Shown: positions 8,073 through 19,116, counted from the first letter of the stretch. The stretch is 64,000 nt of DNA from Bdellovibrionales bacterium (GCA_964230645.1 CAXRHT010000002.1:1344001-1408000); one strand, 5' to 3'. Notes: generated by a model not told the origin, from the letters alone. A program made the numbers and translations.

Positions 8073-9824
8073 GTGAACTTGCTAAAAAAATTGATAGACC
8101 ACAAAAAGAAAAGATCGGGCCTTGCCGCTGTTCAGTACATAAAAAAAGGGCAGCTCTACACACTCAATTGGTCCCAGGTCTACGATCGGGTGGAACAATA
8201 CTATAATGTTTTACTTTATCTTGGGGTCAAGCCGGGAGACCGAGTCGCTATATACAGCAATACCAACAAAGAATGGGGTTTTCTCGATCTCGCTATTATG
8301 GCATGTGGCGCTACAACTGTGCCTGTTTACCACTCCTCCCATATCCAGGAAGTGGAGATTATTCTTAAAGACTCATCTCCCTCCCTATTGTTTGTTGAAA
8401 ATGAAGGCCTCTATAAAAATATTCTGAGCTTAGGTCTTGAGGAGTCCTTCCAAAAGATCGTTTCGATCCACCCTTTTCACCATCCTGATTCTCAACCAGA
8501 GTTTTTAAACGAGCTTGTCGACAACCCAGAAATTATCCAAGCCCTAGATGAGGTTTCGATCAACAAAGATGACTTGGCCACAATCATTTACACCTCAGGA
8601 ACTTCCGGGAAGCCTAAAGGTGTTTGCCTCACTCATCACCAAATAATGAGTGCGGTCTCAGAAGTCTTCCCTCTATTAGGTGTGACAGACCAAGATAAGA
8701 CCTTAACCTTCCTCCCCTTCTCACATGTCTTAGGAAGAATTGAACTCTGGGGTCATTACTTTTGCGGCTACTGTATCGGGTATGCTCAGTCGATCGATAA
8801 GATCAAACGTGACCTACTCAAAGTGCAACCAACAGTCATTGTTGGAGTGCCACGAATCTTTGAAAAGATATATTTTGGTATCAAAGCACAGGTGGAAATA
8901 TCAAAACTGAAACAAGGTCTTTTTAGTCAAGCTTTAGAGGTTGGCAAAACAAACACTAAGCTCAGACAGAAAAAGAAAACTCCCTCCTTCCTGCAGGCCA
9001 TAAAAAGTCAGCTCGCCTATCAGATGGTGTTCTCCCAAATTCAAGAAAAGTTAGGAGGACGTCTTCGATTTGCGGTATCCGGAGGAGCGCCTCTTGATAA
9101 AGAAATTGCAGACTTCTTTTCTAGTTGTGGAATTTCAATACTCGAAGGCTATGGGCTCACCGAAAGCACAGGGCCCATCTTCGTCAACACTCTTTTTCAA
9201 CATAAAAATGGATTTGTCGGTCGCGCCATTGGAGATGTTGAAGTCAAATTTGACAGTGATGGTGAAATCCTTATCAAAAGTAAAAAAATAATGACGGGCT
9301 ATTACAACAACGAGGAAGAAACCAAAAAGGTTTTCACCGAGGATGGTTATTTCCGCACCGGTGATATCGGCGCCCTTGATTCAGAAGGCTTCTTAGAAAT
9401 CACAGATAGAAAGAAGGACCTTATCAAAACTGCGGGAGGAAAGTTTATTGCCCCTCAGAAGATTCAGTCCCTTTTCACCCAAAACCCGTTAATTGGTCAC
9501 GTACACATTCATGGTGATAAACAAAAGTATGTGGTGGCACTCCTTACACTGGAAAAAGATGAGCTTTATAACCTCCGCAAAGACCATCACATCGAAAAAG
9601 AGAACTTTGCCGAGCTTTCCCAGCACGAGAAAATTCAAAAGCTCGTTAGAAATGCTGTGAGCCAAGCCAATTCGAAGCTAGCTTCGTTTGAAACCATAAA
9701 ACGCTACAAAGTTCTTGATCACGAGTTCACCATTGAAGAGGGGCATCTTACCCCCTCATTAAAAATGAAGAGGCAAAAAATCGACCAAATGTACAATGAT
9801 GATCTTAAAGAGCTCTATTTGTAG
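8073..9824 (+). CDS. fadD: Long-chain fatty acid--CoA ligase (AMP-dependent synthetase)
   Basis: YTSGTSGKPKG, EGYGLTE, FRTGDIG, ITDRKKDLIKTAGGK, LTPSLKMKR. Confidence 0.88.
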   Translation: MNLLKKLIDHKKKRSGLAAVQYIKKGQLYTLNWSQVYDRVEQYYNVLLYLGVKPGDRVAIYSNTNKEWGFLDLAIMACGATTVPVYHSSHIQEVEIILKDSSPSLLFVENEGLYKNILSLGLEESFQKIVSIHPFHHPDSQPEFLNELVDNPEIIQALDEVSINKDDLATIIYTSGTSGKPKGVCLTHHQIMSAVSEVFPLLGVTDQDKTLTFLPFSHVLGRIELWGHYFCGYCIGYAQSIDKIKRDLLKVQPTVIVGVPRIFEKIYFGIKAQVEISKLKQGLFSQALEVGKTNTKLRQKKKTPSFLQAIKSQLAYQMVFSQIQEKLGGRLRFAVSGGAPLDKEIADFFSSCGISILEGYGLTESTGPIFVNTLFQHKNGFVGRAIGDVEVKFDSDGEILIKSKKIMTGYYNNEEETKKVFTEDGYFRTGDIGALDSEGFLEITDRKKDLIKTAGGKFIAPQKIQSLFTQNPLIGHVHIHGDKQKYVVALLTLEKDELYNLRKDHHIEKENFAELSQHEKIQKLVRNAVSQANSKLASFETIKRYKVLDHEFTIEEGHLTPSLKMKRQKIDQMYNDDLKELYL

Positions 9825-10828
9825 ATAGCATCAAAATTGATTTTTAAGTCGGCCTTCTCAAGCTCCGTGAACTCTATGGAAGGCGAGAGGTAAATGGCAT
9901 TTTCCTCAGCGCTATACACCCAACCAGTTTCAGGATCGTTAGGAATGACAAGGTCTCCATAGGTCACATTGATGGTGGTCACATCGGGAAGCTGGTCTAA
10001 ATAGATTCTTGATACTGACGTTACTAGATCGTCGGCGACTTGGGCCATTTCCGCACCATAATCATCCGCGCAAATGTCAAAGAGTGCACTGTTAGGAGAG
10101 TGAAGTCTCACCATTTCTCGAATCAAACCACGGTCTGAGTCATCTCTACGACAATTGGAGGTCGACTGCGGATTCTCAACAATCGCGGCGTAGTAAAACA
10201 GCTTTTCTTTATCACCATCTTTAAGGTTCGTAAGGAAATCAAAAGCTGTACTTGGCTGAATTCGACTTTGATCTTCCGAATCGGTAATTACAAAAATCGC
10301 TAAGTTTGAATCTTTTCGATAAAAGTCTTCGTTAAAGCCATTCTGAAGTTGTGGCGAAAGTGCTTCCATATGGATACTAAAAAACTGTTCTGTTGTTGAC
10401 CCACGAAGCCCCACGTCCATCATTTTTCGTAAGACCTGCGCCCCATTGGGAGTGGATCGGTCCACGTAGGTATAACCATCAACCTTATGAAGCTTACCAC
10501 CAGCGGCTTTACTCTGAAAATCTCTTAAAGAAGAGGTCGTAACACCAATATGGTAATTGATAAACTTAGTTGCAAAAAACCGATCAACAAAAAGTTTAGC
10601 GTTCTCCGCCACTCTCTGCTGATAATCATCCATACTAATCGAATCATCAATGATAAACAAAATATCGAGATTTGGGTTAAAAACCACATCATTGAGTTTT
10701 TTTTCGGTTTTCTTTTTCGGTTCAAAAGGAATGTTTTTTGCGCCCGGCTCCGCTTGGCACCCTAAAAGAGTGATCGCAATAACCGACGCACTTAACAATT
10801 TTGACATCCAGTTTAAGCTTCGCTTCAC
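9815..10828 (-). CDS. vWA-domain lipoprotein, CglB-like gliding adhesin
   Basis: Lipobox LLGC; DILFIIDDSISM (MIDAS DxSxS); ITDSEDQS; last gene of the Agl/Glt operon. Confidence 0.72.
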   Translation of the reverse strand: MKRSLNWMSKLLSASVIAITLLGCQAEPGAKNIPFEPKKKTEKKLNDVVFNPNLDILFIIDDSISMDDYQQRVAENAKLFVDRFFATKFINYHIGVTTSSLRDFQSKAAGGKLHKVDGYTYVDRSTPNGAQVLRKMMDVGLRGSTTEQFFSIHMEALSPQLQNGFNEDFYRKDSNLAIFVITDSEDQSRIQPSTAFDFLTNLKDGDKEKLFYYAAIVENPQSTSNCRRDDSDRGLIREMVRLHSPNSALFDICADDYGAEMAQVADDLVTSVSRIYLDQLPDVTTINVTYGDLVIPNDPETGWVYSAEENAIYLSPSIEFTELEKADLKINFDAIYK

Positions 10829-12423
10829 AGTGTCTTCTCCTCACCGGACTGACAACCTTTGGCAACGTCCACCCGGTAGTTGGAAATTTCATCAAACCAA
10901 ATCTCTCCTTGGAAAGGAAACTTCAATGTATCTTTGCTAGCACTTCCTGTTGTCCCTTTTTTAACTTGAGACTTTGTGCCCTTGGTATCTTCGATCACGC
11001 GGTCACTCATCGCCAGTTGTTGAATCAACTCCGCTTCCACGATTTGCATCTTCTTAAGAACTGAGGAGATCTCTTCCACTTCTTCTTTTGCAAGGTGTTT
11101 GACTCGGTTAAGAGAGGCTGTATAGCTGTTGCGTGCCTGGCCGAGTACTGACTTTTTAAAGCGTTCCATTTTGGCTTGAAAGCCGACAAGAGCTGTCCCT
11201 TCACTGAGAGACTGGGAGTACAGTTTCTTAGCAACATCTCCTTCTTTTTCAAGAGCATCGTGCCTCTGAACAAGATAAAAGAGCTGTTCGTCTCTGGTCG
11301 AGTAGCGAGGAAGTTTCACACCGGCTGATCCCAGTTCATCCATAGAAACTCTCCCATTTTTTAACTCGCTAAAAAGAGTTTGAACGGCTGGGGACTCTGG
11401 ATTCTCTTGCAAGTTTAACAGAACTTGAGTTTTTCTTTGGAAACGATTTCTAAACTCTTTGAGAGTTTTCGAAACCTCGGCATAATCACAAATCTTTAGC
11501 TGACCCAGAGTGGCTAGATAAAATGTTTCAGGTCCCACGTCGGGCTCAAAGGCTGGAGTCATTAGAGTTTTAATGTGTGCCAATGTGTTTTGTGGTTGCC
11601 CTAAACGTAGCTCGGACCAAGCCATTTCTTCTATCGCCTGAAACCAATAGTCCGATTTTTTGCTCACCTTTTCATAGTAGCGCTTGGCCTGCTCAAGATA
11701 ACCATTTTGATAAAGCATTCGAGCGGCGGTGATATTCATCAAGTCATCAGAGATCGGATTATTTTCCTCCACCCCTTGTAGATGTTTGAGGAGCTTAGCC
11801 GCCTTCACATCTTGACCATTGAGGAGAAGAGAGGTGACATAACGCCATTCCGTCCAATTTCTCTCCCAAGATTTGGGAGGGGTTTTTCTTAAAAGCTTTT
11901 CCAATGTCTTAGTGCTAAGGCTTTTGTCAAACTCTCTAGCCATTACAGCCACTTCTGCCGATAGACCAAATATTTTAGTCCAACCTGGGTTCCAGCGCAC
12001 GTCTGTTAAAGACCAGATCTTGTCCTCGGTCTGCATAGTGGATTGCCAAAGCTCTAACATATCTTGCTTAATATGATTCGGATTGGTCTGAAAAAGTGTT
12101 TCCAACCCCACAAGCTTTAAACCGTTTTGAAAAAGGAGATAACCGTAAAGAGCCTGGCCGGTAGCCGTTTTTGAAAAGCTTGAATTCTCAAAAGCCGAGG
12201 GCCATTGGTAAAGAGCTTTTTTCATCTCTCCCTTTTTCATAAATTGCAGGAAAATATTTTGTTCGGCACTGGGATTTGAAATCAACGAGCGAAAAGCCGA
12301 TTTATCAGTAGGAATAACTTGGCTGGAGGAGTCTTTTTTCCCACCATCGAGAACGTCTAGTAGATCGTCAGCTTGGGCGGTCGCACTCATTAAAATTAGG
12401 GTCAGTAATGTTTTAATAATCAT
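10825..12423 (-). CDS. Exported TPR protein, GltC-like
   Basis: Signal peptide from ATG 12423; TPR-like helices; C-terminal FPFQGEIWFDEISNYRV..C; operon context. Confidence 0.65.
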   Translation of the reverse strand: MIIKTLLTLILMSATAQADDLLDVLDGGKKDSSSQVIPTDKSAFRSLISNPSAEQNIFLQFMKKGEMKKALYQWPSAFENSSFSKTATGQALYGYLLFQNGLKLVGLETLFQTNPNHIKQDMLELWQSTMQTEDKIWSLTDVRWNPGWTKIFGLSAEVAVMAREFDKSLSTKTLEKLLRKTPPKSWERNWTEWRYVTSLLLNGQDVKAAKLLKHLQGVEENNPISDDLMNITAARMLYQNGYLEQAKRYYEKVSKKSDYWFQAIEEMAWSELRLGQPQNTLAHIKTLMTPAFEPDVGPETFYLATLGQLKICDYAEVSKTLKEFRNRFQRKTQVLLNLQENPESPAVQTLFSELKNGRVSMDELGSAGVKLPRYSTRDEQLFYLVQRHDALEKEGDVAKKLYSQSLSEGTALVGFQAKMERFKKSVLGQARNSYTASLNRVKHLAKEEVEEISSVLKKMQIVEAELIQQLAMSDRVIEDTKGTKSQVKKGTTGSASKDTLKFPFQGEIWFDEISNYRVDVAKGCQSGEEKTL

Positions 12424-12433
12424 TTCTTTCCTC

Positions 12434-13111
12434 TCAAAGCATATAACCAAAGGAAACACCAGCCACTGTTGTTTCTATATCAACAGCTCCACCGAACCTT
12501 TGGGCTTCATAGTATCTTTGTTGGATTTGTAAGCGAGTTGTTAAATGTTGAGAAAGCCAAAGCCCCATTCCTCCTCCAACAGAATAAGTACCGGTATCAC
12601 CGGACTGTAAGGTGATATTTCCCACAGTGACTTGAGCGTAGACATCAAATTGGAGGACACCAAGGTCGAACATATTGATCTTTCCATAAATAGGAGCAAA
12701 TTGACCGATGAGCTCATAACCTGATTGCGGGGCATCCACATCGGGAACCAGGCGATCGGTATCAATAATATATTGCCCTTCTTTGGAAAGTTTATTGTAA
12801 GCCTGAAAATAATTAAGACCTACTGTCCAACGGGGATTGATGTGGAAGTAATAATTTAGATTGAGAGATTGAGTTTGCAAATAAGCATCGCCGCCAATGA
12901 CATTGTTGTAGCCAAAATTAAACTCATGACGAAAACGTCTATCAACCGTGCGGTTCTGTACGACTGTAACACTTTTATTCGGCTGAAGCTTTTGCGCCCG
13001 GTCCATAAGGACGTCATTACCACCAAGACTGTCGAAATCTTCCATGATATCGGCTTGAACCGGAAGACCAAAGAGAAAAACAAGTGCGGATACTAAAATC
13101 ATTCTAATCAT
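12434..13111 (-). CDS. Outer-membrane beta-barrel, myxobacterial-type (GltA/GltB/GltH-like)
   Basis: VVQNR...R..RHE and PIYGKINMF motifs; signal peptide; operon context. Confidence 0.72.
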   Translation of the reverse strand: MIRMILVSALVFLFGLPVQADIMEDFDSLGGNDVLMDRAQKLQPNKSVTVVQNRTVDRRFRHEFNFGYNNVIGGDAYLQTQSLNLNYYFHINPRWTVGLNYFQAYNKLSKEGQYIIDTDRLVPDVDAPQSGYELIGQFAPIYGKINMFDLGVLQFDVYAQVTVGNITLQSGDTGTYSVGGGMGLWLSQHLTTRLQIQQRYYEAQRFGGAVDIETTVAGVSFGYML

Positions 13112-14265
13112 TGTTGCTCTCCTTCGATAACTTCAATATTTAAAGTGTCAGCACCCGTTTGTTTATTCGAGTGATCGGTACTGAAAGACAAAACGGTGTT
13201 TGTCGCCTCAACCCTTAAACTTTGTTTCCCAGTCGTTTCGGGCGTCCACTCCACTTTACAACGCGACATAAAGTCATCGCTGAAGTTGCCTTGTTGGCAC
13301 TCACAAATGGCACCGGCCGGACAGCCATTGGCAAAGCTTGCTGTGACCTCGCCTTCTTTACCTGGGTCAACCACAAGAAAGCTATAGGTGTTTTTTTCAC
13401 CTTTAACGAACTGAACGGAATCCTCAAGAAAGAAAATCGGACGATTCGCTCGCGTGTACACTTGATAGTAAAAGTTTTTGGGTTTGGCAGGAACACCGTA
13501 GGACGTGAAAGCCTGCACTTCGACATTGAAAAGCTCTGAGGAAGTGGTCACATCGGGCATATCTGTAGAGGAAAGATCAACTGCCGCATCAAAACGCCAG
13601 AGTGTAGGATCGCCACTGACACGCTCGCCTTTTTTATCGTACTCAATAAAGTGAGCGCCATTTTTCGAGTTTGGTGAATAGTTCCCCACCACCAAAACTG
13701 GGCCTTCAGGAGAAACAACATCTCTAACAAAAATTTGAAAAGTTTTGCGATCCCCTTCAATGTAGGCGTCTTGTATATCAGCCACTCTTTCGATCACAGG
13801 ATCTTCAGCACTTCCTCTTACCACGTGAAAAACAATATCTTTTCGACGCTCTTGGATCAGCCCTTTGTATTTTGCAATAAGATTCACTCTAAGAACTCTG
13901 GTCTCGACTAAGCCTGAAATGACATAACCTTCTTCTGGTTCAAAGATAAGTTCCCGAGTTTGAGAATCGTAGGTCGCTCCCGGTAGATCATTGTCTAAAT
14001 TGCGTAATTCAAGACCGACAAAGGAAAACTCCGGATGGAGAAGTCTGTAGGCCATGGTTAAATTAAGAGACTCTCCCTCTCTGACCACATGAGTTTCTTT
14101 GACGTCCACTCTCATGACATCTTGTACAGGAGGTTCTTTTACCGGATTCCCACCCTGAGGAACGGCTTTTTGGATATTGTCACTTTGCCCAGAAAAAGGA
14201 TCTTGCTCCCATCCACTATGACAAGCACTCAAAGCTAAAAAACCTATTAAGGCTAACACTCTCAT
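13108..14265 (-). CDS. Lipoprotein with probable Ig-like beta-sandwich repeats
   Basis: Lipobox LSAC from ATG 14265; beta-rich repeats; inside the gliding operon. Confidence 0.62.
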   Translation of the reverse strand: MRVLALIGFLALSACHSGWEQDPFSGQSDNIQKAVPQGGNPVKEPPVQDVMRVDVKETHVVREGESLNLTMAYRLLHPEFSFVGLELRNLDNDLPGATYDSQTRELIFEPEEGYVISGLVETRVLRVNLIAKYKGLIQERRKDIVFHVVRGSAEDPVIERVADIQDAYIEGDRKTFQIFVRDVVSPEGPVLVVGNYSPNSKNGAHFIEYDKKGERVSGDPTLWRFDAAVDLSSTDMPDVTTSSELFNVEVQAFTSYGVPAKPKNFYYQVYTRANRPIFFLEDSVQFVKGEKNTYSFLVVDPGKEGEVTASFANGCPAGAICECQQGNFSDDFMSRCKVEWTPETTGKQSLRVEATNTVLSFSTDHSNKQTGADTLNIEVIEGEQQ

Positions 14266-14292
14266 CTCTAGTCTCCTCACTCTTATATTCAT

Positions 14293-15447
14293 TTATCCTC
14301 TCCCTGTTCTTTTTAAGAGAAATGGATAAGATACCGGAACTTCTTGATTCCCTGCTGGGACTGGAAACTTCCAGGTTCTTAAGCGACGAAGGATACAATC
14401 CTCCACAGTTTTATTATTCAAAGAGGTATTTTTTACTTTGGCGATTTTCACTCGGCCCGAGCTATCAATCACCCAATTTACTGCCACACGCCCTGAAAGA
14501 CTCGCATTGAGTTGCAAACCTTGCTCATAGCAAAAGCGAATCTGACCGATATTACGCCGGACCACATCAGCAATAAGGCTGCCATCAAGTCCTCCATCAA
14601 CGGAGGCTTCTTCGGGAATGGGAATCAGTGAAGCCCCTGTGGCTCCCACTAAAGACACAGAACCGTAACCGGCCTTTCCACCACCTTTACCTTTTGTTCC
14701 ATAGCCACCGCCACCTTTAACATTGTGACCTTCACCTAGGGGAGCCGAGGTCATCCCTTTAGAATAAACACTTTTTTGAACGCCGCCACTTCCCTGGCTC
14801 CCCCCCATGCCGGGTCCAGCGGAGGCTTTTACGGCACCAAGATCAAGACCGCCTTTTTGTTTGCTTTTCTTGAGCTGTCCTAAGGCAGCGAGTGCTCCTC
14901 GTCTTTTCCAACCTTTACGCACACTTTTTGTTTTTACAGATTTTTTTGGTTGAGTTGTCGTCTGACTAACACTCACCGTCCTTTTGGGAGTTTTAGGAAT
15001 GGCGATTTTCTTTTTCACCACCTTTACGATCTCTCTTTTTTTCTCCTCAGGAACTTCCTCGGCAATCTCTTGGGTCGGTGCAAAGACATCGGTCATTAAG
15101 AACCCGATAAGCACATAGATAAGCAGAGTAAAAAGTATGGCTTTGCGAGCAGGGCCTGAATCTTTTTCTTCAGGAGCTCCCGTGATGGGGTTTATTTTCT
15201 CCCCTTCCATCACCTCAAGATAACCATAATCTCCAAGACTTAAGCGAGACTGAGCTAAAGCCGATCCGTCTCCCTGACCTAAAAGTTCATAGGGAATATT
15301 TTTCCTTTTGAGTAAGTTTAGGGAGTTCAGCACTTCAAGGCGCTTGGTATCTTTACGGAAAATAGCAAAAACTTTCTCTGGTTTCTCCCAAGGAAAGACT
15401 CTAACGACATTACCGAAATTATTATGAAGAACTAAGCTTTTTGACAT
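14293..15447 (-). CDS. AgmX/PglI C-terminal domain protein (GltG-like, TonB-like)
   Basis: One TM helix; Lys/Gly-rich linker; GLD..I..VV..N..QIRFCYEQGL...L.GRV...W.I...G.V...C...LRTWKFP.P. Confidence 0.8.
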   Translation of the reverse strand: MSKSLVLHNNFGNVVRVFPWEKPEKVFAIFRKDTKRLEVLNSLNLLKRKNIPYELLGQGDGSALAQSRLSLGDYGYLEVMEGEKINPITGAPEEKDSGPARKAILFTLLIYVLIGFLMTDVFAPTQEIAEEVPEEKKREIVKVVKKKIAIPKTPKRTVSVSQTTTQPKKSVKTKSVRKGWKRRGALAALGQLKKSKQKGGLDLGAVKASAGPGMGGSQGSGGVQKSVYSKGMTSAPLGEGHNVKGGGGYGTKGKGGGKAGYGSVSLVGATGASLIPIPEEASVDGGLDGSLIADVVRRNIGQIRFCYEQGLQLNASLSGRVAVNWVIDSSGRVKIAKVKNTSLNNKTVEDCILRRLRTWKFPVPAGNQEVPVSYPFLLKRTGRG

Positions 15448-15457
15448 TTCGAGTACC

Positions 15458-15709
15458 TCAATTCCTTTTGGCCGATTTTTTAATTCGGTCCTTAAAGTCT
15501 TTTCTTACTTCAAGGAGTGCATCCAGCACCTTATCTTGCTCAACGGTCACCACAGCTTCATCAGAAAAATGATGTTTTCCTTGCACCAAAATTTCATCAA
15601 ACGAAATCTCTTTTCCTTTAGCACTCTTTTTCTTGGCTCCCTTTTCTGGGGCAGCAAAAAGTGACAAAGGTATTAAGGTTACAAGAATGATCAACATTCG
15701 TTTCATCAT
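15458..15709 (-). CDS. Small exported protein, GltF-like
   Basis: Signal peptide; ISFDEILVQG and RKDFKDRI motifs; position between GltD-like and GltG-like genes. Confidence 0.6.
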   Translation of the reverse strand: MMKRMLIILVTLIPLSLFAAPEKGAKKKSAKGKEISFDEILVQGKHHFSDEAVVTVEQDKVLDALLEVRKDFKDRIKKSAKRN

Positions 15710-18639
15710 AAAGACCTCTCTTTTGATTCAAATCCATTATCCACCATCTTCATCCGACTATTAAGATAGATGATCATTGGCTTATTTCCGCGAGCCGTTT
15801 CCAGTTTAATGAGATCGCGCAAGGCTTGCTTACTGAGTGGGTTTTCTTTGACTTTTTTGCGAGCCATTTCCAGGCGAGCAAAAGAAGGTGTTCTTTTTTG
15901 TTGCTGATCTCTATAGACCAGACTCATCCAAACTTTTTTATCCGTTGGTGCCCTCTCACGAATTCTTTCAATCTGAGGACCTAGGATTTTTTGAACTTCA
16001 ATGGGAGATTGGTGAAAGTTAGCAAATATCTGCTGCATGGCTTTTTCATTCTTCCATAGCTCCTCAACCTTAAACTGAATCTCTTGCGCCTTTTCTTTGT
16101 AAGGGGCCGCTTGTTGACTGAGTAAAGTCACATACTCTTGTTGCTCCTCCGCTGTCAGTCCCTTAGGTGTAGGTAAGCTCATCAAATCTTCAAAAAAGCG
16201 GCTGTACTGCTCAGCAAGTTCGGTGAGAAAAAGTGTCTGAGTCAACCAATCACCCGTTTTCGAAGCTTTCGCTATTACATCCTCAAAATTTGAGATACGA
16301 CTCATGCGGTGCTGCAAAGTGTTTCCAACCTGTGAAGGACGGCGGTCCAATTTGTGATCTTTTAGGCGTTTTAGTTTTTGAGTTCCCTCAGCCAGGAGCA
16401 GGTCACGCCTTAAAACATGAGCCGGGGCTGTTTGCTCTAACCCATAACTTTTAAAAACTCTCAAAATTTGAGAGGAGCTTTTCTTGCCTTGGTAGATTTC
16501 AAGCAGAAGGCCGGCGAAAAGATTTTTGTCTCTTTTAAGATAAGGAACACATGACTTCTGCTTTGATCCAAAACTTTTCGCCTCTCTGATCAATTCAATG
16601 CAAATAGAATGAGCCAGCTCAGGATCTTCTGTGTTTCTAATATAGTTATAGAAATAGGGGCTGGAATCCTTCTCTGCCAAATCGGCCAATCGAGCCAATT
16701 CAAGCCAGTCGGTCTTATTGATCTCACGATAGGAGCGGAAGGCTTCGTCAAAATTTAACTGAAGCTCACTCAACCATACTTTATTTTCCAGAGCAAATTG
16801 ACGCTCCTCTTTCTCTAGAGCCTTTAAACTCAAATAAGAACGAAGGGCTTTGTCCATTTCTGAAAACTTTCTTAGCTTTCGCGCTAAAATAATCTTGTTT
16901 TTATAAAAAGTTTTCTTTTTCTCCGGAGTGCTGCTCGCCACATCAAAACGATTCAATGTTTTCCAGGCTTGCTCAGAAGCTGATGCCTTATCGGAAAGCT
17001 TGGCTGTTTGTGATAGAACCGACTGTCCTGCTAGAGAAAGGAAATGCTTGCGATTTTTTGGAAAAATATTAGCAAACTCTCTCGCCCACGTTTCAATTTT
17101 TTGATCTTGCTTAGCCAGAACCAAAGAGTCCAGTGCTAGTTCGGCTGATTGGTTGCGAAGTTTTGCGGGAGTTTTTTTACTTAAAGCAAGGCTACGAAAC
17201 TGCTCAGCGGCCTCCATTGTTTGACCTTGATCATAGGCATTTTGAGCCATTTGATAGCGAATTTCAGGCGCCTTGTTTTGCTTGGTGCTTTTTTGTAGAT
17301 AAAGCTTTTGGGAGGCGGCCAACCAGGCTTTTTTCTTAGCAAGCTCGGCGATTTCAATGCGACGAAGTAGAAGCGTTTCTTTTTGCTCCTCTGTTTTTGC
17401 TAGTTGAAAAGCTTTTTTGTTCCATGCGTAAGCCTTTTCCCAATCTTTCGTTTGCACGGCCGCTTGAGAAGACAGCTCGTAAGCTTTCATATCCTCTTTT
17501 TCAACCAGAAAGTAGTTTTCATAGGCTTCAATCAACTCAGGAGATGGATTCTTTTTCTCCATTCGGTTCCAATCAAAGACTAAAGTTCGAACTCTGGATT
17601 TTAGCTCCTCACACTGCTTTGGGTTTTTGCACCCATCTAAAGAACGCCAATTACGGAAAGCTCTTTTTAAATAAGGTAAAACAGCTGTTTTTTGCTTCCC
17701 CTTAAGCTTCAGGTTAGCCAGATAGACCAAAGCCTCCATCCTCACTTCTGGGTCAGATGTTTTTTCTATTAATAATTCGAAAGCCTCTTCGGACTGCTGA
17801 TTGCGCCCCAGACGCTCTAATTCTTTGGCTAGGAAAGAAACGTTTTCAATACGACTACTGCGAGGACTTAAATTAAAAACCTTACTAATATCCGCCATAC
17901 TCACTCTAGAATCATGAGCAAGGAAAACCGTGTAGTCTTTAGCGACCTCTGCTTTAAAGTCTTCATCGACATTGACGACATTATTAGAGTTTCGAGTGAG
18001 AAGCTTTGGCGAGTTCAACATTTTTTCTAAAGTATTCACTGCCTGAGCAATCTCGCCGATGTTGTAGTGACACCAGGCCAATCGAAAAGTCGCCAAGCCC
18101 TTCCGTGGGAAATCCTCATCCTGCAAAGCTTGCAGATAATGAGACTTGGCTAAACTAAAATTACGTTGTTTAAAATAAATTTCAGCCAAAGAGAAATGAG
18201 CCTCAGCGGCCCCTTGCCCACTGGCAACGACTTTTTTGTAAAACCCAGTGGCCTTAGAGTTTTCACCGAGCACCTCATAAAGGTGCCCCACCTGAACCAT
18301 CACGCGGTGTTTTCTTTCTCCGTTTAGGTCTTGCAGAACATACTGATAATACTCAAGCGCCTGTTTGCGATCTTCTTTACCGGCTGTGCACTCTACACAG
18401 CCATTTTCGAGATCTTCTTTTGCGAGCAAACGTCCACGCTCTGCATGAAGATCAGCCAGTCTTAAAGTTAATTTCGACTTAGTAGGACTTCCTTCTGGCA
18501 ACTTCAAAAAGACTTTCGTTAGCTTGTCGATAAGAAGACTCTCCGTCTTGCCGGCTGTTCCTGCAAGGCTCTGAGAGGGAGCCATCATAAAAACGGCCAC
18601 AAGCGGCAAGCTCAAAGAAAATAATTTATTTTTTAACAT
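15706..18639 (-). CDS. Large exported TPR protein, GltD/AgmU-like
   Basis: Signal peptide; many TPR motifs; C-terminal LMSLPTPKGLTAEEQQEY..LL..QA.PY typical of AgmU-like proteins. Confidence 0.75.
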   Translation of the reverse strand: MLKNKLFSLSLPLVAVFMMAPSQSLAGTAGKTESLLIDKLTKVFLKLPEGSPTKSKLTLRLADLHAERGRLLAKEDLENGCVECTAGKEDRKQALEYYQYVLQDLNGERKHRVMVQVGHLYEVLGENSKATGFYKKVVASGQGAAEAHFSLAEIYFKQRNFSLAKSHYLQALQDEDFPRKGLATFRLAWCHYNIGEIAQAVNTLEKMLNSPKLLTRNSNNVVNVDEDFKAEVAKDYTVFLAHDSRVSMADISKVFNLSPRSSRIENVSFLAKELERLGRNQQSEEAFELLIEKTSDPEVRMEALVYLANLKLKGKQKTAVLPYLKRAFRNWRSLDGCKNPKQCEELKSRVRTLVFDWNRMEKKNPSPELIEAYENYFLVEKEDMKAYELSSQAAVQTKDWEKAYAWNKKAFQLAKTEEQKETLLLRRIEIAELAKKKAWLAASQKLYLQKSTKQNKAPEIRYQMAQNAYDQGQTMEAAEQFRSLALSKKTPAKLRNQSAELALDSLVLAKQDQKIETWAREFANIFPKNRKHFLSLAGQSVLSQTAKLSDKASASEQAWKTLNRFDVASSTPEKKKTFYKNKIILARKLRKFSEMDKALRSYLSLKALEKEERQFALENKVWLSELQLNFDEAFRSYREINKTDWLELARLADLAEKDSSPYFYNYIRNTEDPELAHSICIELIREAKSFGSKQKSCVPYLKRDKNLFAGLLLEIYQGKKSSSQILRVFKSYGLEQTAPAHVLRRDLLLAEGTQKLKRLKDHKLDRRPSQVGNTLQHRMSRISNFEDVIAKASKTGDWLTQTLFLTELAEQYSRFFEDLMSLPTPKGLTAEEQQEYVTLLSQQAAPYKEKAQEIQFKVEELWKNEKAMQQIFANFHQSPIEVQKILGPQIERIRERAPTDKKVWMSLVYRDQQQKRTPSFARLEMARKKVKENPLSKQALRDLIKLETARGNKPMIIYLNSRMKMVDNGFESKERSL

Positions 18640-18648
18640 CGCTGTCCC

Positions 18649-19116
18649 CTATTTTCTAATGACGGCAAAATTGATGTCACTGTATCCCGCGTGTCCGCCC
18701 GCTTGGATCACATGACTTAACAAACTGTAAGTTTGACGGCGATCGGCCTGAATGGTCATGGCTCCCGCAAACTCGGTATCGGGATAATACTCTTCCCAGT
18801 TTTTCTTCACATCGATTAATTTCTTAACCAGGGTTTTCACTGGTATCTCTTCTTCTTCGATGTAGAGTTTATCTTTTTCTACTCTCACCACAATATTGCG
18901 ATCCAATGTCACAGACTGAGTGGCCGAAGGAAGTTCGATCCCTTCACTCATATAGAGAAGCTCACCTGTGGTCGAAAAATTTACCAGAAGATAGATCACC
19001 AAAACAGAGAACGTATCCACAAGGGACGTTAGCATCACAGTGGCTGCTAAATTTCTTTTTGGTTTATTTTTAAATCCAAAACTTCCTACCGAAGTTCCTA
19101 ATGGTCGGTAATTCAT
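18649..19116 (-). CDS. ExbD/TolR family stator subunit (AglS-like)
   Basis: LTSLVDTFSVLVIYLL (TM Asp present); IQADR..Y..L; AGY..INFAV. Confidence 0.85.
   Translation of the reverse strand: MNYRPLGTSVGSFGFKNKPKRNLAATVMLTSLVDTFSVLVIYLLVNFSTTGELLYMSEGIELPSATQSVTLDRNIVVRVEKDKLYIEEEEIPVKTLVKKLIDVKKNWEEYYPDTEFAGAMTIQADRRQTYSLLSHVIQAGGHAGYSDINFAVIRK

Noticed and set aside
7873..8206. ORFs containing VILSAAKDL / VLSEAKDL (also 55313-55753)
   Set aside because: Translations of the REP-like palindrome that overlap real genes
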